The position numbers and the translations under genes are program-made. DNA of 63,874 bases, from the IMG/VR virus record IMGVR_UViG_3300037510_000075; one strand, given 5' to 3'. Positions within the stretch are counted from its first letter, which is position 1. The number at the start of each line of letters is the position of its first letter. Positions 15,362 to 25,507 of this stretch are shown here, in pieces. The DNA comes from a virus. The notes beneath the pieces are model-generated. The model was not told the origin of the DNA and ran no database searches. It was given only the letters and a program-made list of their open reading frames with translations.

Positions 15362-15790
15362 TTGTCATTATATGTAACAGAAGCAGAGATGAAAGAAAGA
15401 TATGTGGATTCTCTGAAAAAGGCAGCCTCTAGGGCTAAAGAATTTATGACTGCCGAAGAACAAGAAAAACCTCAATTATTTGTTGATTTTATTAATGGAC
15501 TGAAGGTCGCTGCTGGTAGTGCTCATCAATTAGGTATTTCTCAAGAAAATCCTCAATTCTTGGCTATCAGAGATAAGTTAGAAACTATTATTGAAGTCGG
15601 ACAAAAGCTTCCTATGTTCAACGGCAATCAAGCTGGTATTTGGTTTAATATCAAGACAGCTTTAGATGCTCTAGCAGATAAGGGTAGTAAGATCGCTGTG
15701 GCTAAAGCAATGCCTCGTCAACAGGTGTTAGCCGAACTAACGCATCGTGAATGGGAAACAAGAAAGAAAAATGACCCAATCCAATCTTGA
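15362..15790 (+). CDS. hypothetical head-module protein
   Basis: 142-aa ORF with a TTG start and an AAGGA SD. Confidence 0.45.
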   Translation: MSLYVTEAEMKERYVDSLKKAASRAKEFMTAEEQEKPQLFVDFINGLKVAAGSAHQLGISQENPQFLAIRDKLETIIEVGQKLPMFNGNQAGIWFNIKTALDALADKGSKIAVAKAMPRQQVLAELTHREWETRKKNDPIQS

Positions 15791-16115
15791 TATTGAAGAT
15801 AAAGTGCCAGAAGAAGATACTTCCTACGATACCTCTGATAAGGAAGCTGTAAATACAGCACGTAAGAAGTCTTCTAGAACTAGAGCAGACAGATTAGAGT
15901 TTGTCAAGGCTTCTATGAGCTTTGAGCAAGGAAGAGCTTGGTTCTATGATCTATTAGTTTTTTGTCATGTATTTGAAACTACTTTTGATGAAGACCCTCT
16001 CAGAATGGCCTTTAAGGCTTCTAGGCATAATGTTGGTCTTCGTATTTTAGATGATATTCAAACAGCAAGTCCAGAGAATTATATGACGATGATAAAGGAA
16101 AACAAGAGTAAATAA
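15771..16115 (+). CDS. hypothetical head-module protein
   Basis: ORF 15747..16115. The ATG at 15771 (MTQSNLD) is the likely start. Confidence 0.45.
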   Translation: MTQSNLDIEDKVPEEDTSYDTSDKEAVNTARKKSSRTRADRLEFVKASMSFEQGRAWFYDLLVFCHVFETTFDEDPLRMAFKASRHNVGLRILDDIQTASPENYMTMIKENKSK

Positions 16116-16978
16116 TGACCACAGAAACACCTCTGATAAATACACCAACAGAACCTGTAGCTCCAATAGCTGCACCAGCAGTAGATACCCCTGTAAATGC
16201 GGCTCCTACAGCCCCAGAGAAGGTCGTAGAGACGGTTCCTGTGGCTGAAGCTCCTTCTACTACTCCTATAGAAACCCCTCCTGCTGACGCTCCTAAAGCC
16301 GCAGAGACGGTCCTAGGTGAGGCTCTTGATAAAGATGCCCCTAAGACTGAGGATAAATCTAAAGAATCTAAGCCTGCTGCAGATACAGCTAAAGCCCCTA
16401 CTGAGGCTGCCCCTACTGCAGAGGCTACCACACTAACCCCGGAAGGCCAGTCCGATGACCCGGCTCCGCCTCCGACCTATGACGCTTTTGAAGTCCCAGA
16501 AGGTATTACTCTGGACAAAGATCGCGTTTCTAAGTTTACAGAACTTTTAGGTAAGTTTGAACAAACCACTAAAGCTGATCATGCTGCTGTTCAGGCATTT
16601 GGTCAGGAAGCTGTGAACTTTCATATAAATGAAATACAAAATGCAGTAACTGAACTACAGAAATTCTATCAAACTGCTTGGGATAAACAGAAAGCTGATT
16701 GGAAAGACGCTTTTATGAAAGACCCTGAGATAGGTGGAAATAGATTTCAAACTACAGTAGATGCTGCAAGAAATTTCATTCGAACACACGGAGGCACACC
16801 GGAACAACAAGCTGAATTCAGGAATGTGATGGAGACTTCAGGTCTAGGAAATCACCCTGCAATACTCAGAATCTTAGCCAATGCTGGAGCAGCAATGGGA
16901 GAAGGTACACCATTAGCAAATGTTAAACCTGTGTCTCAGCCTAAATCTAGAATACGTACTATGTACGGTAATTCTTAA
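16115..16978 (+). CDS. scaffolding protein (putative)
   Basis: 287 aa with a Pro/Ala/Thr-rich N-terminus and a charged helical C-terminus. It lies immediately upstream of the capsid gene. Confidence 0.5.
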   Translation: MTTETPLINTPTEPVAPIAAPAVDTPVNAAPTAPEKVVETVPVAEAPSTTPIETPPADAPKAAETVLGEALDKDAPKTEDKSKESKPAADTAKAPTEAAPTAEATTLTPEGQSDDPAPPPTYDAFEVPEGITLDKDRVSKFTELLGKFEQTTKADHAAVQAFGQEAVNFHINEIQNAVTELQKFYQTAWDKQKADWKDAFMKDPEIGGNRFQTTVDAARNFIRTHGGTPEQQAEFRNVMETSGLGNHPAILRILANAGAAMGEGTPLANVKPVSQPKSRIRTMYGNS

Positions 16979-17003
16979 ACTTAATAATAAGGAATAAATA
17001 AAT

Positions 17004-18059
17004 ATGGTAGCTTTTGCCTCTAACATCTATCCAAATCTGGTAGATTGGGCACGCAGAGCTGATCCAGACGGTTCAATCGCTATTATTGCTGAGCTTCTGT
17101 CTCAGTGCAATGAAGTTATGAAGGACATGATCTGGCAGGAAGGTAATCTGCCGCTCGGACACAAAGTAACAGTTCGTACTGGTCTCCCTCAAGGTACATG
17201 GCGCGCTGCTAACATGGGTGTCGCCAGCTCAAAGTCTTTAACTGCTCAATACCAGTTCTCTATTGGTCAGCTTCAGGCTTATTCAATCGTAGATAAGACA
17301 CTCGCCAATCTTAATGGTAACGTAGCTAAGTTCCGCTATTCAGAAGATATGGCACACATCGAAGGTCTTAGCCAGCAAGTTGCTTCTGCTCTCTTCTATT
17401 CAAATGAAGCGACCAGCCCAAGTCAATTCACTGGTTTTGCACCTATCTACAATACAACCAACACTTCAACAGCTAAGAATGCTGTGAACGTGCTCGATGC
17501 AGGTGGTTCTGCCAACAGTAACCTTTCAATCTGGTTACTCGGTTGGGGCGATCATACTACATTCGGTATTTTCCCGAAGGGTTCACAAGCTGGTCTAATC
17601 TACGAAGATAAGGGTGACGTTGTTCCTCAGTACGATACCAATGGTAATCGCTTTGAGGCTTATACATCTCTGTTCCAGTGGAACGTAGGTCTTTGCGTTA
17701 AGGATTGGCGTTATAACGTCCGTATCGCTAACGTAGATACTACAACCGCTGGTCTGCAGGGTACAACTCCCCCTGATCTGTTTGCTCTGATGTCTCGTGC
17801 AGTAGTTCGTCTACCCACAGCTTCTCGCAGACTCTCTGGTATTACTGAATCTGATGCCCCCGGCGATCCAGTCCCCGGTATCTCTCCGGCTTGGTACGTG
17901 AACCGTACTGGTCGTGAATTCATGGATATTCAAGCTATCCGTGACCGTAACGTCCTGCTTTCAAGCAAGGATTATGCTGGTGATCCTGTTGTAATGTTCC
18001 GTGACACACCTATCCGTGTTGTGGATGCTCTTACAAATTCAGAGTCTAACGTAACCTAA
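17004..18059 (+). CDS. major capsid protein
   Basis: 351 aa following the scaffold gene. It has a strong SD (AAGGAA) and a distinct translationally optimised codon usage (CGT, CTG, GGT, ATC, TTC) compared with its neighbours. Confidence 0.7.
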   Translation: MVAFASNIYPNLVDWARRADPDGSIAIIAELLSQCNEVMKDMIWQEGNLPLGHKVTVRTGLPQGTWRAANMGVASSKSLTAQYQFSIGQLQAYSIVDKTLANLNGNVAKFRYSEDMAHIEGLSQQVASALFYSNEATSPSQFTGFAPIYNTTNTSTAKNAVNVLDAGGSANSNLSIWLLGWGDHTTFGIFPKGSQAGLIYEDKGDVVPQYDTNGNRFEAYTSLFQWNVGLCVKDWRYNVRIANVDTTTAGLQGTTPPDLFALMSRAVVRLPTASRRLSGITESDAPGDPVPGISPAWYVNRTGREFMDIQAIRDRNVLLSSKDYAGDPVVMFRDTPIRVVDALTNSESNVT

Positions 18060-18084
18060 TAATTCTGAATTAAAGGAAAAAATA

Positions 18085-18618
18085 ATGTTTCTTGACAACA
18101 AATTAGTATTCAATACTGACTGGCAGACCCCTCAGGCAGTTACTACAACTGCTGACGGTACACAGCTTATTGACGTTACAGGTGCAGGCTCAGGCAATGC
18201 CCCTGCGATGATCAATGGTTTTCCAGCCACAAATACATCCATAGGTGAAGACTATGGTGCGGCAGATGGTCCTTCTGTACCGTGGTTCTATATGGTGGTA
18301 ACAACCGCCGGAACTGGTGCAGGCACTATTACTGTTAGCCTTAGTGCGGCTCCCGATAACGGTAGCTATTCTCCGGGTTCTTACACCCAGATTTACCAAT
18401 CTAAGGCTTTTACAGGCAGCACACTTGCTGCTGGTTCAGTGCTTACCTTCCCTGTTCCTCCAACCCTCTATACTGAAGGTGAAGCCCTTCCAAGATTCTA
18501 TAAGGTAACTTATACAGTCTCTGGTTCTGCTACAGCCTCTGTATTAGCAGGATTTGTACTGCATCCGACTACCGGAACCATTGGTGGCAAGTACGCCAAC
18601 AACTTCCTCGCCGTCTAA
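18085..18618 (+). CDS. capsid-associated structural protein (decoration/minor capsid?)
   Basis: 177 aa with the same optimised codon usage as the capsid gene. A hairpin follows it. Confidence 0.4.
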   Translation: MFLDNKLVFNTDWQTPQAVTTTADGTQLIDVTGAGSGNAPAMINGFPATNTSIGEDYGAADGPSVPWFYMVVTTAGTGAGTITVSLSAAPDNGSYSPGSYTQIYQSKAFTGSTLAAGSVLTFPVPPTLYTEGEALPRFYKVTYTVSGSATASVLAGFVLHPTTGTIGGKYANNFLAV

Positions 18619-18629
18619 TGTGGATATGG

Positions 18630-18663
18630 CTGGCCCCTCTGCACAATCCAGTGTACGGGCCAG
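18630..18663 (+). terminator. hairpin after the capsid gene pair (attenuator/terminator candidate)
   Basis: CTGGCCC (18630-18636) pairs with GGGCCAG (18657-18663), followed by TCTTCTT. The 20-nt loop makes this a weak call. Confidence 0.35.
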
Positions 18664-18692
18664 TCTTCTTAAATCGGAGATTATATATTTAA

Positions 18693-19136
18693 ATGAATGA
18701 TATTGTATTAGTAAATAAAGGTTATAAAGATCGTCCCGCATACCGTATACTCGATGTCGCTGGCTTCTTTGGCCCGGATGATCAGCTTTGGCCTGAGGGC
18801 TCAGAGATTTACTTTGATGGTGAACCAAACGAAGAAATGGAACCTTTAAATGCTGCTGCTCAGGCTAAGATGTTAGCCTATCTAGAAAAGCTCGATGCAC
18901 TCGGTAGGGCTGCTGCTGAAAAAGCTGGTCGTCCATTTGTAGGCCGTCCTAGAAGTCTTGACGGTAAGCTAGCTCTTGCTTCGGCTGTTCAAAGAGCTGA
19001 AATGGGTGTGCTCGGCGTCAAGGATAAGACAGTAAATACTATCGCCCCTCTTACAGATGAAGCCCCTGAAACAGGCCTACAAGAGAGACGTGGCAGAGGT
19101 CGCCCACGCAAGCAAGCTCTGGCATCAGCAGCTTAA
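18693..19136 (+). CDS. hypothetical protein with C-terminal RGRGRPRK (AT-hook-like) tail
   Basis: 147-aa ORF. Confidence 0.45.
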   Translation: MNDIVLVNKGYKDRPAYRILDVAGFFGPDDQLWPEGSEIYFDGEPNEEMEPLNAAAQAKMLAYLEKLDALGRAAAEKAGRPFVGRPRSLDGKLALASAVQRAEMGVLGVKDKTVNTIAPLTDEAPETGLQERRGRGRPRKQALASAA

Positions 19137-19175
19137 TGAGATATGGTTTCACCCAATTTAATAGATGTGAAAAAT

Positions 19176-19316
19176 ATGGTAAACTCTAAGAAGAAAAAGA
19201 TTACTAAAGCAGGTGATATCAAGAAGAAAATTGGTATTGAATCGGGTGAACATAAAAAGATGAAGACCCACTCTGCACAAGAAGTCCGTAAAGCTATGTA
19301 CGGTTCAAAGGATTAA
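19176..19316 (+). CDS. 46-aa basic micro-protein
   Basis: ATG at 19176. The product is MVNSKKKKITKAGDIKKKIG... It is below the ORF-track threshold. Confidence 0.3.
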   Translation: MVNSKKKKITKAGDIKKKIGIESGEHKKMKTHSAQEVRKAMYGSKD

Positions 19317-19320
19317 TTAA

Positions 19321-19635
19321 ATGGCTAAATCAGACAAATTATATGATAAGAGCCCTCGTCTTAAGAGGGATAAAGAGTCGGGCGAAATGGGTATTCATAA
19401 ACCGACAGAAGCAGACGCAGAAAATATGGGAGTAGCAGGAAATCCTCTTCCCACTGATGGTAGCGGCGAGATACCGATGGAAGTACATCAGGCTATGGCA
19501 AGTATGCACGATAGACACTCTAAAGAGATGAAAGATATGCATAAGCGTCACGAAGATGAACATAAAGATATGCATAAAAGACATCAAAAAGAAGTCAAGC
19601 ATATGATGAAAAAAGATTCGAAAGAAGAGGAATAA
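19321..19635 (+). CDS. His/Lys/Glu-rich 104-aa protein
   Basis: Contains repeated KDMHKRH(E/Q) motifs. Function unknown. Confidence 0.45.
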   Translation: MAKSDKLYDKSPRLKRDKESGEMGIHKPTEADAENMGVAGNPLPTDGSGEIPMEVHQAMASMHDRHSKEMKDMHKRHEDEHKDMHKRHQKEVKHMMKKDSKEEE

Positions 19636-19640
19636 ATTAA

Positions 19641-20666
19641 ATGGCATTACAAGGTAATGAGATTTTATTTGTAACACCAGTACAGTCCAACGGGCAATTA
19701 GGTGCTATTTTAGAACAAACAACCACAGGAGCTGTTGCAGCACTTGGTTCTTCATTCTCTAATGATAGTCCGGTGAGTGTTACGACTGCTACAGGTACAA
19801 CTTTAACAGCAGCTAATCTTCTAAAGGGTGTCATCAATCGTACTGGCACTTCTGCTGCGTTCACAGATACCACAGATACTGCTGCTAACATTTATGCTGC
19901 AGTAGGCCAGACAGGTTTCGGCTTCTATGTGATTATTAAGAACGGTACTCCTTACACACAAACTTTAGCTGGTGGTACTGGTGTTACATTCAGTTCTTCA
20001 ACTGTTGTTCCTCCTAACTCCTACGCTTATTTCTTAGTTACAGTTACATCTTCAACTGCTTCAGTGTTTAACCATGTATTTACAGGTCTTCTCACTAACA
20101 ATACTCCATTAGCAGTAACAGGTTTAAGCACTGTAGGTGCAGGCACTATTACAGGTGCTGGTATTGCTGGTGGCTATACTGGCCGTACTGGTTCTCAATC
20201 AAATACTGCATTTACTGATACTACAGATACAGCAGATAATATTATTGCAGCTCAAGCTAATGCTCATATAGGTATGACATGGGTGTGGCAATACAGAAAT
20301 AATACTAATGCTACAGCTACTATTGCTGGTGGCACTGGTGTAACAGTTTCTACCACTGTTCCCGCTTTTACTAGTAAAACTTTCCTAGTAACTTACACTG
20401 CTGCTAGTACTATTACTATGACAGTAATTAGTGCCAATGTAACTCCTTTCACAGTTAATGGTACATTTACTGCTAATGGTGCAACTGCTGTAGTTGTAGC
20501 TGATACTAATATTACAGCTAACTCAGTGGTTATGTTCGGGCTAAAAACTGTTGGTGGTACTCCGGCTGGTGCTCCCTTTATGAGTGCAGTAACACCCGGT
20601 ACTGGTTTCAGTGTTAAAGCTGCAGCAGGTGATACTTCAGTTTACAATTACCTGATCATCAACTAA
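19641..20666 (+). CDS. virion protein with internally repeated beta-rich domains
   Basis: 341 aa. Two segments share TAFTDTTDTA(A/D)NI...AGGTGVT... Confidence 0.5.
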   Translation: MALQGNEILFVTPVQSNGQLGAILEQTTTGAVAALGSSFSNDSPVSVTTATGTTLTAANLLKGVINRTGTSAAFTDTTDTAANIYAAVGQTGFGFYVIIKNGTPYTQTLAGGTGVTFSSSTVVPPNSYAYFLVTVTSSTASVFNHVFTGLLTNNTPLAVTGLSTVGAGTITGAGIAGGYTGRTGSQSNTAFTDTTDTADNIIAAQANAHIGMTWVWQYRNNTNATATIAGGTGVTVSTTVPAFTSKTFLVTYTAASTITMTVISANVTPFTVNGTFTANGATAVVVADTNITANSVVMFGLKTVGGTPAGAPFMSAVTPGTGFSVKAAAGDTSVYNYLIIN

Positions 20667-20682
20667 AATAGGAGTCTTACGT

Positions 20683-21027
20683 ATGAAGTACGTAGATATG
20701 GCTATGACTCCTGAAGAGGCTAAAGAATATAATAGCCCCACATCAGTTGGTAAAATGCCTAAATATCCTTATAATTTAAGTATTTCATTCTGTAAAGATG
20801 AACTAGAAAAATTAGAATTGGATATAAATGATATAGAAATAGGAGATTTCTTGCACTTACATAGTATGGCAAGAGTAACTTCTAAATCTAATTATGAAAC
20901 AGAAGAAGGGGAATGTCCTCGACTTGAATTAACTCTAGCTTTTCTTGAAGTAGAGGATGAAGCTATGGAAGATGAAGAAGAGGAAGACAAATCATTAAAG
21001 AATAAATTACCTAAATTATACAGGTAA
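20683..21027 (+). CDS. acidic 114-aa protein
   Basis: ORF with a GGAG SD and a Glu/Asp-rich C-terminus. Confidence 0.45.
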   Translation: MKYVDMAMTPEEAKEYNSPTSVGKMPKYPYNLSISFCKDELEKLELDINDIEIGDFLHLHSMARVTSKSNYETEEGECPRLELTLAFLEVEDEAMEDEEEEDKSLKNKLPKLYR

Positions 21028-21033
21028 TAGTTA

Positions 21034-21852
21034 ATGACTAGTCAAGTCGATATCGCCAATCGAGCTTTACTAAGTGTTGGGGCCAGAGCACAGATCAGTA
21101 GCCTAAGTCCTTCTGATGGAAGTGATGAAGCTAATGCTATTAGCGTGCTTTGGACCCCTACATTTGAGAGTTTAGCTCGTTCAGCCCATTGGAATTGCCT
21201 GCGTAAACAAGTAGTCCTTTCTCTATTGGCTGCGGCTCAAGGCACCCCTGAGAATCCTGACGGTACACTGTACCCCATTCCAGATACCCCTTGGTTATAT
21301 GCTTATGCATACCCGAGCGATTGTCTGGATATGAGGTATATCATACCGTCTTATCCTGCTAATACTGGTAGTACAACACCTTCTACTACTATTAACAATG
21401 CTGCGGGTACTTGGCTTCCTAGTGGAGGTCAGATACCCTATCAAGTAAGTTATGCTGCAGACGCTAATGGTAGTCCGATCACTATTATCTTGACAAACCA
21501 AGATCAAGCCCAAGCAGCCTATACGGTTAACCAACCCAATCCGGCTACTTGGGATTCTTTATTTCAAGCGGCTATGGTAGCCAGCTTAGGGGCTTTCTTA
21601 GTCCCTGCTCTATCTTTATCACTCCCTTTGATGCAGCTTTCTATTAAAACTGCTGAAATGGCTATTGCTCAAGCGAGGGCTGCAGATGGTAATGAAGGCG
21701 TCACTTCAATGGATCATCTCCCTGATTGGATGCAAGCAAGAGCTGGTGGGGCTGGTTGGGGTCCGGGCTTTGGCTTGGGTGTCAATAATTGGAGTGGTTA
21801 TTGCTGGAATATGACTTGGCCTTATGGCTCTAATGGTACATACGGAGATTAA
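21034..21852 (+). CDS. tail tubular protein A / adaptor-like
   Basis: 272 aa. The N-terminus VDIANRALLSVGARAQISSLSPSDGSDEANA resembles the N-terminal pattern of podovirus gp11-type proteins, from memory. Confidence 0.45.
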   Translation: MTSQVDIANRALLSVGARAQISSLSPSDGSDEANAISVLWTPTFESLARSAHWNCLRKQVVLSLLAAAQGTPENPDGTLYPIPDTPWLYAYAYPSDCLDMRYIIPSYPANTGSTTPSTTINNAAGTWLPSGGQIPYQVSYAADANGSPITIILTNQDQAQAAYTVNQPNPATWDSLFQAAMVASLGAFLVPALSLSLPLMQLSIKTAEMAIAQARAADGNEGVTSMDHLPDWMQARAGGAGWGPGFGLGVNNWSGYCWNMTWPYGSNGTYGD

Positions 21853-24800
21853 TTGGCTAGTATTGTTTCACTACAAAACTCATTAAGTGCAGGAGAACTT
21901 TCTCCTTCATTATTCGGCAGAACTGATCTAGAAAAGTACCATTCAGGTACTTCTACTTGTCGTAACTTCTTTGTAAACTATCGGGGTGGGGTTCTTAGCA
22001 GAGCTGGTTTAGCTTATGTTGGAACCTGCAAACAACAATATCCTGTGCCACCCAGAGATATTCCTTTTCAGTTCAGCCTTAATCAAGGTTATGTTTTAGA
22101 GTTTGGAGACTATTATTTAAGAATTAAGAGTAATGGTGCTTATGTAATAGAACCTACTAAATCAGTTACTACTGTTTCTGCTGCGGGGCTTTTTACTGTA
22201 GCTTCTCACGGTTATTCTGTAGGTGATTGGATTTATGATACAGGTAATACTGGATTCTCTGGTCTTACTTGGATTGTTAATACTACGCCTACAGCGAATA
22301 CATTTACAGTAACAGATTTATTTGGTAATGTTATTACTTCTGCCACAGCTAGTACAGGAGGTACAGTAGCCAGAATTTATACTGTTGTAGCCCCTTATGC
22401 TGCTGTCGATCTACCTTATTTAAAGTATACTCAATCTGCAGACGTAATGACACTTACTTGCGTAAACACATCAACTAATACTGAATATCCTCCTTATTCT
22501 TTAGAGAGACTAGATAATACTAATTGGGTTTTTACCCAAGAAACTTTCGTAGCTGCTATTAGTGCCCCTACTAATGTAAGTGCAGTAGCTAGATCATCTG
22601 ACACACCCTCCACTTGGTACTCTTATGTTGTTACAGCTATAGATGCCACTACAGGAGAAGAGAGTATTGCTTCCTCTATCGCTAGTGTTCAAAATAACGA
22701 TATTTCTATTAGTGCTGGTTCTAATACTATTACTTGGAGTGATGTAATAGGGGCTAGTTCTTATAATGTTTATGCTGCACCAGCTTCCTATCAAGTAGGA
22801 GTACCAGTTTCATCTGTATTTGGTTTTGTAGGTTCAGCCTTAGGGCCTAGCTTTACAGATGATAATATTACCCCTGATTTTACTAAAGTCCCTCCAGTCC
22901 ATAATGATCCGTTTGCTATAGGCGCTATTACAGATATTAGCGTAACTAATGAGGGTGGTAATTATGATCAAACAACTATTAGCTATCATATAACAACATC
23001 CACTGGTACAGGTTTCGCAGGCACACCTATTGTAGGCAATGGGCAGGTTTTAGGTTTTAATATAACTAATCCCGGCTCAAATTATAGAGATACAGACACT
23101 ATCGCATTTAGTGATAGTGGTGGTGGTTTGGCCACAGGTTATTTCCAAGGTGGTACAAACCCAAGTGACGGTAATTCTGTAATTATGAATGGAGTTACTA
23201 TTAAATTTAGAAGATCATCAACTGCTCCGGGGTATAATGAAACCCCATTAGGCAATACTTTAGCATTAACTATGCAAAGCTTATGCAATTTCTGCAATGC
23301 TTCTAATGATATTAGCCTATCTTGCGCTACTTACACTTGTGATGCTACTCATCTTTATGTTACTTATAAGACACCGGGGACAGTTGGTAATGCTTATACA
23401 TTAAATGCAGATAGTTCTGGGTTCAGCACAAGCGGTGCAACATTAACGGGTGGTGGTACAGTAGGCTCAGGAGCTACAGCAACCTTACACGTAGGGCCTT
23501 TGAGTGGTACATATCCTTCTGTTCCAGCTTATTTCCAACAAAGAAGAGTTTATGCTAACAGTTTAAATGAACCAGATACCTATTGGATGAGCAGGCCCGG
23601 TTTATTCAATAATATGGATTCTTCTACCCCAGTAACAAGTGGAGACAGTATTACAGGCACTCCTTGGGCACAACAAGTAAATGGTATTCAGTTCTTGGTG
23701 CCTATGCCGGGTGGATTAGTTGTTTTAACTGGTAAGGGTGCTTGGCAAGTCAATGGTGGTCAGAATGCTGCTATTACACCTTCTAATCAGAATGCTGTGC
23801 CCCAAGCTTATAATGGCTGCCACGATACTGTAACACCTATTACTATTAACTATGATATTCTTTATGTTCAATCTAAAGGTAGTATTGCCAGAGATTTAGC
23901 TTATAACTTCTTTACAAATATTTATACTGGCACTGATCTAACAGTTCTCAGCAATCATCTATTTATTAATAGACAAATAATTCAATGGGCTTGGGCAGAA
24001 GAACCTTACAAAACTATCTGGGTTGTTATGTCAGATGGTCAAATGCTCTGTTTAACATATTTAAAGGAGCAAGATGTTTATGCTTGGACTCGGCACGACA
24101 CTAATGGGCTTTTTGTTAGTGTGTGTAGTGTCACTGAACCTCCTGTTGATGCTGTCTATGTTATTACACAGCGTTATGTCCAAGGTGCGTGGAGATACTA
24201 TTCTGAGAGAATGAATAATAGAGTCTGGAATAAAGCTGAAGACTCTTTCTGTGTTGACTCTGGTTTGTCTACTGCTCTGAGTTATCCTGATGCCACATTA
24301 TCTGCTTCTTCTTCTCTCTTAGGAACTACTTCAACTTTTTCAGCTTCTGCTAGTGTTTTCTCTAATGCTGATGTAGGTAAAATATTAAGAATAGGTGGTG
24401 GTAAAGCTACGATCACTCATTATACAAGTCCTACTCAAATAGAAGGCACTATTACCGAGCCTATTACTAATGTTATATTAGATGACCCTAATCTAATGCC
24501 TGTACCAGCTTCTTCTGGAAATTGGAGTCTAAGTTCAAATGTGACCACAGTGAGCGGGTTAAATCATCTAGAAGGATTAACTGTTTCAGTATTAGCCGAT
24601 GGTTCAGTCTCTTCCAGTCAAGTGGTTACTAATGGTGTTATTAGCTTAGACTATCCTGCTTCTCTTATAGTTGTAGGACTTCCTTATGTTTGTCAAGTTC
24701 AAACTCTTTATGTAGATCACCCTGATCAAGGAAATACAGTTCAGAACAGAAGAAAAACTATTAGCTCTGTAGGTCTTCGTTTAGAGGCTACCAGAGGCCT

Positions 24801-25059
24801 TACAGTCGGCGCAGATCAGCCAGATGCTTCTACTCAACAAAATTATGCAACAATTCCTTGGACAGATATGCAAGAGATCAAAGAAAGAACTCAGTTCGAT
24901 CTTGCGGGAACTGCAGCACCTCTGTATACCGGAGATTACTATAAGAATATCACTAGCGGTTGGACTGTTAAAGGACAAGTAGCCCTACAACAAACTTATC
25001 CTCTCCCAGCAAGCGTATTGGCATTAATTCTCTACTGGACATTAGGCGATGACAAATAA
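21853..25059 (+). CDS. tail tubular protein B / nozzle-like large tail protein
   Basis: 1068 aa with a TTG start. The call rests on its position after the adaptor-like gene. Confidence 0.4.
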   Translation: MASIVSLQNSLSAGELSPSLFGRTDLEKYHSGTSTCRNFFVNYRGGVLSRAGLAYVGTCKQQYPVPPRDIPFQFSLNQGYVLEFGDYYLRIKSNGAYVIEPTKSVTTVSAAGLFTVASHGYSVGDWIYDTGNTGFSGLTWIVNTTPTANTFTVTDLFGNVITSATASTGGTVARIYTVVAPYAAVDLPYLKYTQSADVMTLTCVNTSTNTEYPPYSLERLDNTNWVFTQETFVAAISAPTNVSAVARSSDTPSTWYSYVVTAIDATTGEESIASSIASVQNNDISISAGSNTITWSDVIGASSYNVYAAPASYQVGVPVSSVFGFVGSALGPSFTDDNITPDFTKVPPVHNDPFAIGAITDISVTNEGGNYDQTTISYHITTSTGTGFAGTPIVGNGQVLGFNITNPGSNYRDTDTIAFSDSGGGLATGYFQGGTNPSDGNSVIMNGVTIKFRRSSTAPGYNETPLGNTLALTMQSLCNFCNASNDISLSCATYTCDATHLYVTYKTPGTVGNAYTLNADSSGFSTSGATLTGGGTVGSGATATLHVGPLSGTYPSVPAYFQQRRVYANSLNEPDTYWMSRPGLFNNMDSSTPVTSGDSITGTPWAQQVNGIQFLVPMPGGLVVLTGKGAWQVNGGQNAAITPSNQNAVPQAYNGCHDTVTPITINYDILYVQSKGSIARDLAYNFFTNIYTGTDLTVLSNHLFINRQIIQWAWAEEPYKTIWVVMSDGQMLCLTYLKEQDVYAWTRHDTNGLFVSVCSVTEPPVDAVYVITQRYVQGAWRYYSERMNNRVWNKAEDSFCVDSGLSTALSYPDATLSASSSLLGTTSTFSASASVFSNADVGKILRIGGGKATITHYTSPTQIEGTITEPITNVILDDPNLMPVPASSGNWSLSSNVTTVSGLNHLEGLTVSVLADGSVSSSQVVTNGVISLDYPASLIVVGLPYVCQVQTLYVDHPDQGNTVQNRRKTISSVGLRLEATRGLTVGADQPDASTQQNYATIPWTDMQEIKERTQFDLAGTAAPLYTGDYYKNITSGWTVKGQVALQQTYPLPASVLALILYWTLGDDK

Positions 25060-25507
25060 TATAACGATTAGAACCGCTGAGTTTAGAGATATAAAGAAGA
25101 TCATAGATAATCTAAGAGATAAAGATAAAGAAGAGGCCTTTAATTTAGGTGTTCGCCCTTATGATTCTCTGAAGTACTCTTATAAATCATCTCTTTATTC
25201 TAAAACTGCTTTGATAAATGGTATGCCAGCAGCTATGTGGGGTGTCATCGGGACTCTAACATCAGAGAAAGGTCATCCTTATTTAGTCACTACTAAACTA
25301 GTAGAAACTATTTCTCCACTACGATTTGCTAGAATCTATAAACAAGAAGTAAATGAAATGTTAAAAATATTTCAAAAACTTAATGGTCTTGTGGATCACG
25401 ATTATAATGAAGCCCAAAGGCTTTTAAAATTAAACAACTTCGATTTAATAGGTCCTGTTCATGCAGGTCCTCAAGATAAATTATTTTATCAATATCAGTA
25501 TGAATAA
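25049..25507 (+). CDS. hypothetical protein in the tail/internal-protein region
   Basis: 152-aa ORF that overlaps both neighbouring genes. Confidence 0.45.
   Translation: MTNNITIRTAEFRDIKKIIDNLRDKDKEEAFNLGVRPYDSLKYSYKSSLYSKTALINGMPAAMWGVIGTLTSEKGHPYLVTTKLVETISPLRFARIYKQEVNEMLKIFQKLNGLVDHDYNEAQRLLKLNNFDLIGPVHAGPQDKLFYQYQYE

Noticed and set aside
16021-16431. Minus-strand 136-aa ORF, and similar antisense ORFs inside long genes (for example 11890..12276, 19339..19891, 21295..21534, 47439..47711 and 47749..47991).
   Set aside because: They are antisense or out-of-frame shadows within well-supported long genes. They have low-complexity products and no SD/start context.
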